A stretch of DNA of 64,000 nucleotides from a virus: the IMG/VR virus record IMGVR_UViG_3300043778_000098, positions 1 to 64,000 of that record. One strand, written 5' to 3'. Below are positions 29,329-39,167 of this stretch, in pieces (position 1 is the first letter of the stretch; each line of letters begins with the position of its first letter). The notes beneath the pieces were generated by a model, which made no database searches, was not told the origin of the DNA, and worked only from the letters and a program-made list of their open reading frames with translations. The position numbers and the translations under genes were made by a program.

Positions 29329-29696
29329 GCCTCCCCTATCCCCGCTGCCACGACGACACGCCCCACGGCCCGCACCCGGAGATCAGCGGCCTCCCAGGTC
29401 AGGACTGCCCCGGCTGGACGGCCGAGCAGAAGACGGTCCACGACCTGATCGCCGGCGTGCAGGCGTACGTGCGCGAGCACTGGAATCCGCGCGAGCCCCG
29501 TCCGGAGGGGCTGCGGGTGGAGATGCACCCGGACGTCCACCGCCTGCTGATGAGGGACCCGGACCTGTGGAACCGGCCCGAACGGGAGTCGGCCCTGGAA
29601 GACTGGTTCCCCGTCCCGGCGAAGGTGACCACGGACGTGGCCCCGGGCAAGTGGCGGCTGGTGATCATCACCGAGGAAGTGCTGCTGGAGGGCTAG
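29325..29696 (+). CDS. hypothetical protein
   Basis: GTGA coupling. Confidence 0.6.
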   Translation: MSLPYPRCHDDTPHGPHPEISGLPGQDCPGWTAEQKTVHDLIAGVQAYVREHWNPREPRPEGLRVEMHPDVHRLLMRDPDLWNRPERESALEDWFPVPAKVTTDVAPGKWRLVIITEEVLLEG

Positions 29697-30154
29697 CCCG
29701 CCTCGGCCGCCTTCCCCAGCTTGACGACCAGGGCCCTCAGCTCGTCGAACTCGGCGTGCTCCCGTGTGTGCTCGGCGTGGCCGCCGGGGAAGACGACGGC
29801 CGCGCACCGCTCGCAACTCAGTAGGTCGCCGCGCAGCTCGTGGCTCCCGCCGTCGAACCCGATCGTCACGCGGGCCGCGAACCGGTACCCCTCGGGAATG
29901 CCCGGCTGCTCCCGTGTCACGTAGAGGAAGAGGCTGTCCCCCTCCTGCCTGTCGACCTCCCAGCGGTACCCGTCGGGCGGCGGCATGGCAGTCGAGGCGT
30001 AGGCGATAACATCGCCCCGCAGCTGCCAGGTGAGGGGTCGGCCGCCGAACAGGCTGCCGGCCCTCCGCTCCAGTTCCTTCAGCGCGTTCGCCGTCACCCC
30101 GCCGTGGACCGGGGCGAACGCCTGCCGGGTGGCCTCGGCGCGCAGATCGTCCAT
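29693..30154 (-). CDS. hypothetical protein, start uncertain
   Basis: ORF track; CxxC..H...H near the C-terminus. Confidence 0.5.
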   Translation of the reverse strand: MDDLRAEATRQAFAPVHGGVTANALKELERRAGSLFGGRPLTWQLRGDVIAYASTAMPPPDGYRWEVDRQEGDSLFLYVTREQPGIPEGYRFAARVTIGFDGGSHELRGDLLSCERCAAVVFPGGHAEHTREHAEFDELRALVVKLGKAAEAG

Positions 30155-30249
30155 GACCGGAGCATAGGGCACAGCAGCGGCTATCGTCTGGCGCCGCGAA
30201 ACTGGACATGCGTGTAGCGTGTTACGGCTTTCCTTGCTAGGCTGCTGGC

Positions 30250-30720
30250 ATGACATCAGAAGCGAAGTTCCCCGACGTGGTGGCCGCCGTGCTCGGCGCC
30301 GCCCTGAATGAAGACGGGCCGGTCCACGCCGACTACAAGCTCATCAGCAGAGCGCAAGAGGCCCTGGGCCTGGAGTTCCCGCCGACGGGCGTTTTCGCCC
30401 GCCAGGACCGGGACAAGTTCGCCGGCCAGGTCGGGCGGGCCCTCGGCAAGCTCGCCGCCGAGGGACTCCTGGTCAAGATCGGCAAGGGACACGGCAACGT
30501 CCGCTACTGGGCCCCGGCCGCCTGGGAGTCCCACCAGGAGCGGGAAGCGGAACGGGAGTCCGTCAGGGCCGCCCTCGAAGCGCGCAAGGCGGACATCACG
30601 CAGCGGATCCGCCGCCTGGACGGCAAGGCGGTTTTCTACGTCACGACGCCCAGCACGATCACGATGACCCTGGACACCGCCTCCGCCCTGCTGGACCTGG
30701 CCGAGAGGACCGGGTCATGA
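30250..30720 (+). CDS. hypothetical protein, possibly winged helix
   Basis: Leaderless after TAGGCT; RALGKLAAEGLLVK. Confidence 0.6.
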   Translation: MTSEAKFPDVVAAVLGAALNEDGPVHADYKLISRAQEALGLEFPPTGVFARQDRDKFAGQVGRALGKLAAEGLLVKIGKGHGNVRYWAPAAWESHQEREAERESVRAALEARKADITQRIRRLDGKAVFYVTTPSTITMTLDTASALLDLAERTGS

Positions 30721-31238
30721 CGCCGGAGCAGACCGAGACGCCGCCCTTCCGGCTGACGGCCCGCCTGTTCACCCCCGACCGCGTCACCGTCGAGGTGGCC
30801 GACGTCCCTCTTCCCCCTCCTGCCACCGCAGGGAAGATCAGGGTCGCCATCCCCTACCCGGCGTCCGAGCCCGCCAGGATCGTGAGCCGGGTCGTCGTGA
30901 TCAACGAGAGCACCGGGGGAGTGGCGCGCGCGTCCGTCTGGCCGAGGGTCGTGGAACCCGGCGACATGCTGACCGTCGAGTTCGGGGCGGACAACGTCTT
31001 CGGCTTCCCCGGGTTCTCGCCGGACCGCCCGGACCAAGTCCTGGCCCCGGAGCGAACCTTCACCGGGCTGGAGGACGAACGGCTCGTCAGCGCGATCACC
31101 GCCAACCTCGCCAGCCTCAACGAGATCATCGCTGAGATGACCGCCAAGGTGTCCGGCGACCCCGAGTTCATCGCCATGGTCCGCCGGACGCTGCGCGATC
31201 ACTCGCACGCGCTCGGCTTCAAGTTCGAGGGAGACTGA
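30717..31238 (+). CDS. hypothetical protein
   Basis: ATGA coupling. Confidence 0.6.
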   Translation: MTPEQTETPPFRLTARLFTPDRVTVEVADVPLPPPATAGKIRVAIPYPASEPARIVSRVVVINESTGGVARASVWPRVVEPGDMLTVEFGADNVFGFPGFSPDRPDQVLAPERTFTGLEDERLVSAITANLASLNEIIAEMTAKVSGDPEFIAMVRRTLRDHSHALGFKFEGD

Positions 31239-31240
31239 CC

Positions 31241-31681
31241 ATGACAGACTACAGGCACAAGGCGACCAAGGATCGCCAGAAGGACGTCGCCGGCCGCCTG
31301 TCTGCCGCCGCTACCATGCTGGGCGAGGCAATCTCTCTTGTGCGATCCCGGACGGCGATCCTGGAGGAGCACCTGCGAGCCGCAGGAGCAGCCGGGGTGC
31401 CCTATGACGAGGCCGAGGCGATGGTGAAGGACCTGGGCTGGGAGGCACAGGCCATGCTGAGGAGCGCCTACCTGGACGGGTACGAGGTCACCGGCGCCGA
31501 CACCAGGATGCACTGCCTGGCGCACCGGCGCCTTGTCGAGTGGATCCCCGCCCCGGGGTGGTGGATCCACGTCAAGGAAGGCTTGCCGCTCGACGGGCTC
31601 GACGGCAGCCCGACGGACCCCAGAGGCTGCCGGTCCATGTGGAACGCGGACGCCCCGATCACCATCACCAGGAAGGGCTAG
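31241..31681 (+). CDS. hypothetical protein
   Basis: GGGAG RBS. Confidence 0.6.
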   Translation: MTDYRHKATKDRQKDVAGRLSAAATMLGEAISLVRSRTAILEEHLRAAGAAGVPYDEAEAMVKDLGWEAQAMLRSAYLDGYEVTGADTRMHCLAHRRLVEWIPAPGWWIHVKEGLPLDGLDGSPTDPRGCRSMWNADAPITITRKG

Positions 31682-31683
31682 TC

Positions 31684-31920
31684 GTGAACGAGATCGTGCC
31701 GACGGCCGCGTCCGTAGCGAATATCTATGACCTGCGCGCGTTCCTCGACTGGCTCCACGAGGCGTGGCGCCGCGACCCTGAGATGGGGCACGGCATCGAC
31801 GACCAGATCCGCCAGCGGGTCCTGGAGCTGTGCGCCGAGGGGCACCCCGACGCGGCGCTCCTCGCCCGCGAGGTGCTGGTCACCAGCGCCTGGGACGACT
31901 GCGCGGCGTGGTCCGCATGA
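31684..31920 (+). CDS. hypothetical protein
   Basis: DPEMGHGIDD motif, operon packing. Confidence 0.55.
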   Translation: MNEIVPTAASVANIYDLRAFLDWLHEAWRRDPEMGHGIDDQIRQRVLELCAEGHPDAALLAREVLVTSAWDDCAAWSA

Positions 31921-32504
31921 CCTCGCGATCCGAAGCGCTGTGGAATCTCCTGCGGCTGCGGGTGACGCAGGTCCGGCTCATGGAGGTCCTCGTCGCCTCG
32001 CACGGGCCCGTGAGCGGACGGGAGTTCGCCCGGAAGCTCGGCATCTCCCCGACCAGCGCGATCGCCGCGCTGAAGCGGCTGGAGAAGGCGGGGGTCGTCA
32101 CCCGCGAGGCGGTCGGCAAGGCCCACCTGTGGCGGCTCGACGACACCGAGGAGGCCGTCCGCGAGTGGCGGGCCGAGCACGCCGCCGCCCGCCAGGCCAG
32201 GCTGCTGGGGCTCATCAAGGAGCACAGCGGCACCAGGCACCAGAAAGTGCTGCACTGCGCCCAGGACGTGTGGGACGAGGTCAGGGTGGCCAGCGCGCCC
32301 GCCGCGCCCCGGCGGCCCTGGGAGCCGGACCTGCGCTCCCTGACGGCCATCGAGGTCACCGTGGCCGGGCACTACGAGCCCGGGCGGTGGAAGATGATCC
32401 GTCACGACCACTGCCTGGTGACCGGCGGCGACGAGCCGGGCCAGGCCATGCTGGTCACCCACGAGGAGTGCACCGTGCTGGGGACGAGCGAGGACGAGCC
32501 GTGA
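31917..32504 (+). CDS. winged-helix DNA-binding protein
   Basis: SGREFARKLGISPTSAIAALKRLEKAGVV. Confidence 0.75.
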   Translation: MTSRSEALWNLLRLRVTQVRLMEVLVASHGPVSGREFARKLGISPTSAIAALKRLEKAGVVTREAVGKAHLWRLDDTEEAVREWRAEHAAARQARLLGLIKEHSGTRHQKVLHCAQDVWDEVRVASAPAAPRRPWEPDLRSLTAIEVTVAGHYEPGRWKMIRHDHCLVTGGDEPGQAMLVTHEECTVLGTSEDEP

Positions 32505-32746
32505 AGAGCGGCGCGAGACTGCACCGGGACGGATCGGTGAGCATCGACGGCGAGGTCATCGGGCACGTCGCAGGGGAGGCCCGCGACTGGGGGTTCGTGC
32601 TAGCCGACTACCGCGATCCCGGACGGACCCCGGCCAGCGGGTGGTTCAGCAAGGCAGAGGCCGCCGAGATGTGCGCCCGCGCGCACCTGGAGACCCCTTC
32701 CCGCCGGGAACTGCGTCCTGGCGAGGCGGAGAGCGAGGACTCATGA
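32501..32746 (+). CDS. hypothetical protein
   Basis: GTGA coupling. Confidence 0.5.
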   Translation: MKSGARLHRDGSVSIDGEVIGHVAGEARDWGFVLADYRDPGRTPASGWFSKAEAAEMCARAHLETPSRRELRPGEAESEDS

Positions 32747-33249
32747 TCAGCGAAGAGGCAGGGCGGGCGATGTCCGTCATCAACGGCATCGACTTCTGCA
32801 AGCAGGTCGAGCCGGGCTTCTGGATGAGCTGCGTGACCCGGATCGTCCTGGACCTGGACGAGGCCGGGCACCAGGACCGGGTCCGGGAGATCAGGGAGAC
32901 GCTCTACCGGCTCTGGCAGGGCCTGCCCGACAAGGCGGGGATGACCAGGTGCAACCGGTGCGAGGTGCTGCCGGGCACCGTCCCTGTTCGCTCGATCTGC
33001 GGCGAGTGCGACGACGTGATGCTCTGCCAGTCCTGCTACGAGCGGCACGCCCGCGAGGTGTTCGACAAGGGACGGGAGCAGGACGCCGCGCTGGCTGGGG
33101 AGGCGCTGCTGAGGTTCGAGGCCGCCGCCGAGGTCGTGACCGAGGTAGCGGTGCGGAACATGGCCGCCGGGCCGCCGCTGAGCCTGAACGAGTTCCTCGC
33201 GGGCGACCCGCCCGGCCACGGCTACTGGGAGGCGGGGGATGAACCGTGA
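32743..33249 (+). CDS. Cys-rich hypothetical protein
   Basis: CNRC..CGEC..CQSC..H. Confidence 0.55.
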   Translation: MISEEAGRAMSVINGIDFCKQVEPGFWMSCVTRIVLDLDEAGHQDRVREIRETLYRLWQGLPDKAGMTRCNRCEVLPGTVPVRSICGECDDVMLCQSCYERHAREVFDKGREQDAALAGEALLRFEAAAEVVTEVAVRNMAAGPPLSLNEFLAGDPPGHGYWEAGDEP

Positions 33250-33464
33250 CCCTGGCGTACATCTCGGGCGAGGGGGAATCGTACCTGCCGCTGTGGGTCG
33301 TGATCCCGATGATCGCGGTTATCGTGATCATTGTCGGGATCGGGCTCTGGGCGACCATGTGCGAGCTGAACCCCGATCCGGGATGGCGCGCCCGGGCGGC
33401 GGAGATCCGCCGCCTGGAGCAGGAGCGGAGGCTGAGGGAGCTTAGGGATGCCGCCGGCGAGTGA
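33246..33464 (+). CDS. small single-TM protein
   Basis: Hydrophobic helix. Confidence 0.55.
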   Translation: MTLAYISGEGESYLPLWVVIPMIAVIVIIVGIGLWATMCELNPDPGWRARAAEIRRLEQERRLRELRDAAGE

Positions 33465-33690
33465 CTTCGGGTTCGACTCCGTGACGGCCCTGTACGAGCG
33501 GATCTGCGAGCGCCGCCGCCGGGAGAAGTACAGGATCCCCTCGGTCACCTGCCCGGTCTGCGGCCGGACCAGCTGGAACCCGGGCGACGTCCGCGAGGGG
33601 TACTGCGGGAACTGCCATGACTGGACGAGTGCCCGTTCTGGGCCGTCCGGGCCTGATAATGACCGTTTAGGACCAGAATCACTCACATGA
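33448..33690 (+). CDS. small zinc-finger protein
   Basis: TCPVCGRTSWNPGDVREGYCGNCH. Confidence 0.65.
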   Translation: MPPASDFGFDSVTALYERICERRRREKYRIPSVTCPVCGRTSWNPGDVREGYCGNCHDWTSARSGPSGPDNDRLGPESLT

Positions 33691-33728
33691 TGGGTTCTGT
33701 CCCCGTACCGGGAGGCTAGGATGCGGCC

Positions 33729-33920
33729 ATGAGCATCGACAGCGAGAACGGCGCCTGGCGCAAGTCCACCCACAGCGCCGCAGGCAACTGCGTCGAGGCC
33801 GGGAGCCGGCCCGGGACGGTCGGCGTCCGCGACACCAAGGAGGCGGCCCTCGGGGCGGCCCGGACGGTGCTGGAGTTCACCCCCGCCGCCTGGTCCGCCT
33901 TCCTCGGCCGCCTGGCCTGA
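33729..33920 (+). CDS. DUF397 (BldB-like) protein
   Basis: WRKSTHS..GNCVE....VGVRDTK...L.F...AW.AF. Confidence 0.9.
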   Translation: MSIDSENGAWRKSTHSAAGNCVEAGSRPGTVGVRDTKEAALGAARTVLEFTPAAWSAFLGRLA

Positions 33921-33933
33921 CAGATCCGGAATA

Positions 33934-33967
33934 GCGAAGAGCCCCGTCCTGGGACGGGGCTCTTCGC
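33934..33967. terminator. strong hairpin, probably a terminator
   Basis: Inverted repeat GCGAAGAGCCCCGTC / GACGGGGCTCTTCGC. Confidence 0.7.
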
Positions 33968-33988
33968 CGTCACGCTAGGATCGCCGCC

Positions 33989-34240
33989 ATGGACGGTGAA
34001 ACAGTCAGGTCTCCCGGTGAAGTGATCGTCTCGGCCCTGAAGCTGGCACGGGAGCGGGTGACCAGTGACGACCCGGAGGCCAAGGAGCGCAGGCGCGAGG
34101 CGCTGGCCGACATGGTGATCCGCGTGCAGATGCACGGCGCCCTGAACCAGGTGCCCCGGCCCACGGCCGGGGAGCTGAGGGAGATCCTCGGGGACCCTGA
34201 CGACGGGGATTTGCGCAGGGCGCTCGAAGCGTGGGGATGA
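33989..34240 (+). CDS. hypothetical protein
   Basis: Leaderless after TAGGAT. Confidence 0.55.
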   Translation: MDGETVRSPGEVIVSALKLARERVTSDDPEAKERRREALADMVIRVQMHGALNQVPRPTAGELREILGDPDDGDLRRALEAWG

Positions 34241-34299
34241 TCGTGCGCCCCGCCCAGGGCCACTTAGGGCGGGGCGCATTACCGGTATTATTGCCAGTT

Positions 34300-34536
34300 A
34301 TGGACGCAAACGGAAGCCCCGAGTCACATTCAGTGCCCGAATCACCTCGATGGGTGAAGTCATCCCTGTCGTTCGCCAACAACAACTGCGTCGAGGTGGC
34401 CGATTTGAGCGGGGGCGAGATCGGCGTCCGCAACAGCCGCGAGCCCGGCGGCCCGGTCCTCCGCTTCACCCCCGCCGAGTGGGTCGCGTTCGTCGGCGGC
34501 GTCCGCAACGGCGAGTTCGACCGCTTCGGGGCCTAG
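34300..34536 (+). CDS. DUF397 (BldB-like) protein
   Basis: WVKSSLS..NNCVEVA....IGVRNSR.P.GPVLRFTPAEW.AFV.GVRNGEFD. Confidence 0.9.
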   Translation: MDANGSPESHSVPESPRWVKSSLSFANNNCVEVADLSGGEIGVRNSREPGGPVLRFTPAEWVAFVGGVRNGEFDRFGA

Positions 34537-34961
34537 CAGCCCACGGCGTTCTGGTTGGCCATCGCCGTGCCGGCGCCGGACCACTTGAAGTACCAGCCGG
34601 CCGGCAGCCGGAACGAGTAGACCTGGCCCAGGGTCGCGGTCGACGACGCGGCCAGGGTGACCGCGCTGGCGGCGCTGGTGAGTCCCATGGCGAGGCTCGT
34701 CGCGGTGCCCGCCGTGGTGACCTCCAGGTAGACCATGTAGTCCCGTGAGGTGTCCGCTAGCTGAGTGGCGGTGCCGCTGACCGACCCGATCGACTCGATG
34801 ACCGGGGCGTCGGCGCCGGTGTCGGTCGCGGGCCCGGCGCCCTCCAGCGCCTCGACTGCCGACTCCAGGGCGGCCAGCGCGTCCGAGATCGTGTTGTGGT
34901 CCGCGATGTGGCCGGTCTGGCCCGGCGCCCTGGTGTCGGGCGGCGGCGTCGGCATCGTCAT
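34533..34961 (-). CDS. putative virion protein
   Basis: N-terminus PPD..APGQTGH.A.HN.ISD shared with 45651. Confidence 0.65.
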   Translation of the reverse strand: MTMPTPPPDTRAPGQTGHIADHNTISDALAALESAVEALEGAGPATDTGADAPVIESIGSVSGTATQLADTSRDYMVYLEVTTAGTATSLAMGLTSAASAVTLAASSTATLGQVYSFRLPAGWYFKWSGAGTAMANQNAVGC

Positions 34962-34989
34962 AGCGCTCCCTCTCTCCCTGCTTCCGGGC

Positions 34990-37074
34990 TCAGGCGCCGC
35001 CGAGGGAGGCGGACGGCTGGAGGCGCCCCGAGGTCGCCGGGGGCGGCTCCTCGCCGGGGATGAGCGGCCCGTTGGCCTGCTCCAGCCACGCGTAGTCGGC
35101 CGGGATCCTGGTGTAGACGCCCAGAGCGCTCTCCAGCTCGCCGCGCGACGGCGGGATGAGGTAGGCGACCGACGCCCTCGGGTCCTCCAGGGTGGCGTTC
35201 GACAGGTTGTAGCTGATCGCGGCCGACTGCTGCCACGGCGACCCGAACCCGGTGCGCAGCGTCGTCCTGGCCGGGACCGCCAGCTGGTAGCGGCGCCCGT
35301 CGGACCGGAACGCGTAGTCGAGGGTGTTCACCCGGAAGTCCGGGGTCGACTGGATCTGCACCGACCCGGTGCTGACGACGCCCTTGGCGCTGCGCTGCTG
35401 GTTCTGGTCGGTGTCGGTCAGGATGGCCGGGCGCACCAGAATGGCGCGGACGCCGGGCACCTGCGCGGGGGCGGCGGCGATCAGCTGGGTGCCGTAGCAC
35501 AGCGGGCAGCGGTACTGGGCGCCCTGCCCGTAGGCGGCGCTGATCTGGGCCTGGGCGGAGGCCCCGGAGTCCGGCTGGGCGGGGTTCTCGGCGATCACCG
35601 CCTGCGGGTAGTAGCACCGGGTGCACCGCTGCGCCAGCCCGAGGCCGATGTCCTCGGGCCGCCACATGAGGGCGAAGACCGTCAGCTCCCCGTACTGCCA
35701 GAGCGCCTGGGCGTGCCGCTGCCGCTCCTGGCTGATCGCGAACCGCTGCACGTCCCGCTGCCAGGCCGGCTGGGGCCGCCCCGGGCGGAGCGGCAGCGGC
35801 CGGCCTGGGCGCGTCTCCGGCGCGATCGCGATGACGGGCGCCGAGGACAGCGCGGCACGCACCGTGACGACCCCGGTCGGGGCGGCGGACAGGGCGGCGG
35901 CCGAGGCCAAGGCGATCCTCGGCAGCTTCGTGCTCCTGGCGGCGGCCGTGAGCGACGCGGCGGCGGACAGGGCGGCCCTCCCCGCGCGGGAGGCCTTCGC
36001 GGCGGCCGACAGGGAGGCGGCGGCGTGCAGCCGCGCCCCCGGCTCGGCGGCCCCCGCCCCGGTCAGCGCGGCGGCGGCGGCCAGATGCCCCGTTCCGGCC
36101 GCCCAGCGGGTCCCGTGGGCGGCTGCGGCGGCCGAGGCCGACAGGTGAGCCGCGCCCGCCGCCAGGCGGCCTCCTGCGGCCCTCAGGGACGGTTCCGCCG
36201 CCAGGGGGGCGGCGGCCCGCCGCAGGACCACCGCCCCGCCCGTGAGGCGCGGCGCGGCGGCCAGGGAGGAGGCCCCGTGGACCGTCCGCCGGCCGGCCGC
36301 CGCCAGCGAGCCCGGCGCGTGCAGCGACGCCGCAGCCTTCTCGGCGACCGACCCGATCGCCCCGAGGGCCGCCCCGGCGGCCAGGTGCGCGGCCGAGGCG
36401 ACCGGCGACGCGTACAGGACGGCGGGGGCTGACAGCGCGGCTGACGGGCGCTGGGTGACCAGGGGGGCCGGGGTCATGGCGGGCGCCGCCGCGAGCGCGG
36501 CCGACGCCTCGTCGGTGACGCGGGAGATCGCCTGGAGGCTCGCCGGGGCCGACAGGGCGGCAGCGCCGGGGGCGAAGTAGGCGCCCGACGCGGTCAGCCG
36601 GGTGCCCGCCGACAGGGCGGCGGTCCCGGCGCGGCCCGGGGCGATGAGCAGGGCCCCCGCCGACAGGTGGGCGGACGACGCCGAGGTGCTCACTGTCAGG
36701 GACGTCCCGGCCGAGAGGACGGCGACCGCGTGCTCCGTGCTCTTCGCGCCCGCCGTCAGGGTCGCGGCGGCGGACATCGTGGGGACGGCCACCGAGGTCG
36801 ACAGGACCGGGTCGGCGCTCAGCGCCGCCTGGGCGTTCTTGATGACGCGCCCGCCGACGGTCAGCCTGGGCCCGGCCGCCAGGAGGGTGGCGGTCCCCGT
36901 GACGGCCAGGGCGGCCGAGGCGGAGAGCGCGGCAGTCCCCTTCTGCACCTCTGCCGCGCTGGCCCCCAGGCGCCCCGGCGCCGAGAGCGCCGACCCGGCG
37001 GCAGCCGAGCGGACGGCCGCCGCGTGCAGGACCGCCGAGGCGGCGAGGGCGGCGGCGCCGTTCTGGGTCGGCAC
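34990..37074 (-). CDS. head-completion/neck protein with long Ala-rich repeat N-terminus
   Basis: AALSA repeats, then ERQRHAQALWQYGE...RCTRCY...CPLCYGT domain. Confidence 0.6.
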   Translation of the reverse strand: MPTQNGAAALAASAVLHAAAVRSAAAGSALSAPGRLGASAAEVQKGTAALSASAALAVTGTATLLAAGPRLTVGGRVIKNAQAALSADPVLSTSVAVPTMSAAATLTAGAKSTEHAVAVLSAGTSLTVSTSASSAHLSAGALLIAPGRAGTAALSAGTRLTASGAYFAPGAAALSAPASLQAISRVTDEASAALAAAPAMTPAPLVTQRPSAALSAPAVLYASPVASAAHLAAGAALGAIGSVAEKAAASLHAPGSLAAAGRRTVHGASSLAAAPRLTGGAVVLRRAAAPLAAEPSLRAAGGRLAAGAAHLSASAAAAAHGTRWAAGTGHLAAAAALTGAGAAEPGARLHAAASLSAAAKASRAGRAALSAAASLTAAARSTKLPRIALASAAALSAAPTGVVTVRAALSSAPVIAIAPETRPGRPLPLRPGRPQPAWQRDVQRFAISQERQRHAQALWQYGELTVFALMWRPEDIGLGLAQRCTRCYYPQAVIAENPAQPDSGASAQAQISAAYGQGAQYRCPLCYGTQLIAAAPAQVPGVRAILVRPAILTDTDQNQQRSAKGVVSTGSVQIQSTPDFRVNTLDYAFRSDGRRYQLAVPARTTLRTGFGSPWQQSAAISYNLSNATLEDPRASVAYLIPPSRGELESALGVYTRIPADYAWLEQANGPLIPGEEPPPATSGRLQPSASLGGA

Positions 37075-37077
37075 AGG

Positions 37078-37476
37078 CTACTCCGGGTCGGCGGGGTCCC
37101 GCGCGGGGGCCAGCGGGTGGTCCTCCCCCGTGTGGTGGCGGTACAGGTCAGCGACTATCGCGTTGGTCTTCTCGGCCATGACGGCCCGCAGCTCGGCGGC
37201 CCTCGTCTGCTTCCGCTGGTGCTTGACCAGGGTGAGCGTCCCGCCGGCGGCGATGCACGCGCCGATGTCGGAGGTGACGTTGGTGTAGTTCCCGCCGATC
37301 AGCTCCGACTTGGCGGAGACGTCCACCCCGAGCAGCGGCAGGACGATCAGGTAGAACCCGAGGGCCATCAGCCAGATGACGTGCGCGTGGCTGGCCAGGA
37401 CCCGTGGGACGTACCCGAGGGCGCTCTCCAGGCGGTTCGGGCTCTCGGCCGCGCCCGGCACGCTGATGTCCGTCAT
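37078..37476 (-). CDS. membrane protein
   Basis: GGAGG RBS; hydrophobic helices. Confidence 0.65.
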   Translation of the reverse strand: MTDISVPGAAESPNRLESALGYVPRVLASHAHVIWLMALGFYLIVLPLLGVDVSAKSELIGGNYTNVTSDIGACIAAGGTLTLVKHQRKQTRAAELRAVMAEKTNAIVADLYRHHTGEDHPLAPARDPADPE

Positions 37477-37646
37477 GCTCTTCCCTCCGCAGGCGTCACG
37501 CCTTCCGGGGGCAAAGCGAGACCCCGCCGACGGGGGCGCGGCGGGGTCCGGGTCGGCTCCTGCGGCCACGGGGGCAGGCCGCTGATCTAAAGAACAGGGA
37601 GCCGCTGATAACAATACAGCAGGGAGCGCCGGAAACCGGGAAAATT

Positions 37647-38039
37647 TTACTGCCGGGCCGGCCGTGTTCTCGTCGCCAGGGGATAGGAGGCCGATTTTTC
37701 CGTCCGGGAGGGCAGGGCCCCGAAGTCGAGATTCCCGTCCTCGCCGAAGGTCACGCGGTACCGGCCGGGCAGCACGGGGGGCTCGCTCATGGCGAGCAGC
37801 GCCCTGTTCACCGGGCAGTCGAACAGACCGCCCTGGAGGCGCTCTCGCAGCGGGTGGAGGATCGAGAACCCGTCCCCGTCGATCTGCACGATGTCCGCGC
37901 CGACGTCCCCGTCGAGGATCTCCTGCGCCGCCGTCGGCCTCGGGCAGGCCTGGCCGAGGCAGCGGACAAGCCCCGACGGCATGAGGTGCAGCTTCCGCTC
38001 CCGGCACATCGGGCACGGGGCCTGCATGTCCGCGATCAT
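37647..38039 (-). CDS. hypothetical protein with N-terminal zinc ribbon
   Basis: CPMC...C....CPRP..AQEIL, HPLRER...LFDC. Confidence 0.65.
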   Translation of the reverse strand: MIADMQAPCPMCRERKLHLMPSGLVRCLGQACPRPTAAQEILDGDVGADIVQIDGDGFSILHPLRERLQGGLFDCPVNRALLAMSEPPVLPGRYRVTFGEDGNLDFGALPSRTEKSASYPLATRTRPARQ

Positions 38040-38185
38040 CGCTTAGTGAACCTTCCTTTCCCGGAGATGAAGACACCCGAGGCAGCTGCACGTGCAGGGC
38101 TTGGGGTAGCAGGCTTCCCAGTCGTGGCCGCCCCATCGCTCCGGGCCGATAACCTGCGCGATTTTTCCAGCGGGGACGGGCGGCG

Positions 38186-38482
38186 TCACTTGATCATCCC
38201 CGTCATCCTCCAGATGGCCCAGGCGGCCCGATCGCAGCGGACCCCGCACAGCCACGTGCAGAGGCGGTCGACCCGGCGCCGGGCGCGCAGCCTGATCCTG
38301 GTCCCCAGCGGGAGCGGGAGGCGCCGCCGGGCCTTGCCGTCGGGGTGCACCCACAGGACCGGCCGGTCAAGAGCCCTCTCAAGACGCCGCCGGAAATCTT
38401 CGGCCTGCTCCGAGGTCAGGCCTTTTTCCGGCGGGAGGATCTCGGTCACACATCCCCTGTCGTACTTGCCGTCGGTTCCCAT
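38186..38482 (-). CDS. hypothetical protein
   Basis: Leaderless after TAGAAT. Confidence 0.55.
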   Translation of the reverse strand: MGTDGKYDRGCVTEILPPEKGLTSEQAEDFRRRLERALDRPVLWVHPDGKARRRLPLPLGTRIRLRARRRVDRLCTWLCGVRCDRAAWAIWRMTGMIK

Positions 38483-38495
38483 ACCGGGATTCTAG

Positions 38496-38753
38496 CTAAC
38501 GTCGGCCGTCTTTGGTCATCTTGCCGGTGAGGATCCACCGCTGCGCGGGCGGGAGCATGAGGACGGCCCCCATGATCACAAGGGTCACGGTCGCGCCCGC
38601 GACTGCGATCAGAGCGCTGACGAGCTGCTCCGCGTGAAGTCCGGCCGCCGCCAGATGACCGATCAACAAAGCGCTCAGCACCACGAAGAGGAACGCGACG
38701 AGGCGCTGCACCCTGCCGGGCGCGGCCTCCTTGACCAGATCCGTCAGCTTCAT
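38496..38753 (-). CDS. two-TM membrane protein
   Basis: Leaderless after TAGGAT. Confidence 0.6.
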   Translation of the reverse strand: MKLTDLVKEAAPGRVQRLVAFLFVVLSALLIGHLAAAGLHAEQLVSALIAVAGATVTLVIMGAVLMLPPAQRWILTGKMTKDGRR

Positions 38754-38762
38754 ACCGGGATC

Positions 38763-39167
38763 CTAGCTAAACTCGCCGAGCAGCACCCGCATGATCGTCT
38801 CGCGGGTCAGCCACCCGCTCTCCTTGCCCGAGTAGAGCCGACTTCGGCGCTCGGCCTCCTCGGGCGGCAGCGGCCGGATGAACGAGCCGAGGTACCCGAG
38901 CAGTTCGAGGTCGGCCATGCCGTGGGCGTAGGCGCACCCGCCGTCCTGGCAGGCGTGATCGTCGCCAGTGGGCCAGTAGATCAGCGGGGTGCCATGGACG
39001 GGGCAGGTGCACCTCTCGTCACACCGATGCGGTTTGCCTGGCAGCGCCCTCCTCTTGCGCTCCGACGGCAGCATCGTCGGCAGCGGTGGAGGCGGGGATT
39101 CCTCCATGAGGTAGAGGCCGGCTATATCGTCCATGTCGGACCACTTAGGCTCGTCCGGAGTGCTCAT
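38763..39167 (-). CDS. Cys/His-rich hypothetical protein
   Basis: CDERCTCPVH...HACQD..C...HG. Confidence 0.6.
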   Translation of the reverse strand: MSTPDEPKWSDMDDIAGLYLMEESPPPPLPTMLPSERKRRALPGKPHRCDERCTCPVHGTPLIYWPTGDDHACQDGGCAYAHGMADLELLGYLGSFIRPLPPEEAERRSRLYSGKESGWLTRETIMRVLLGEFS

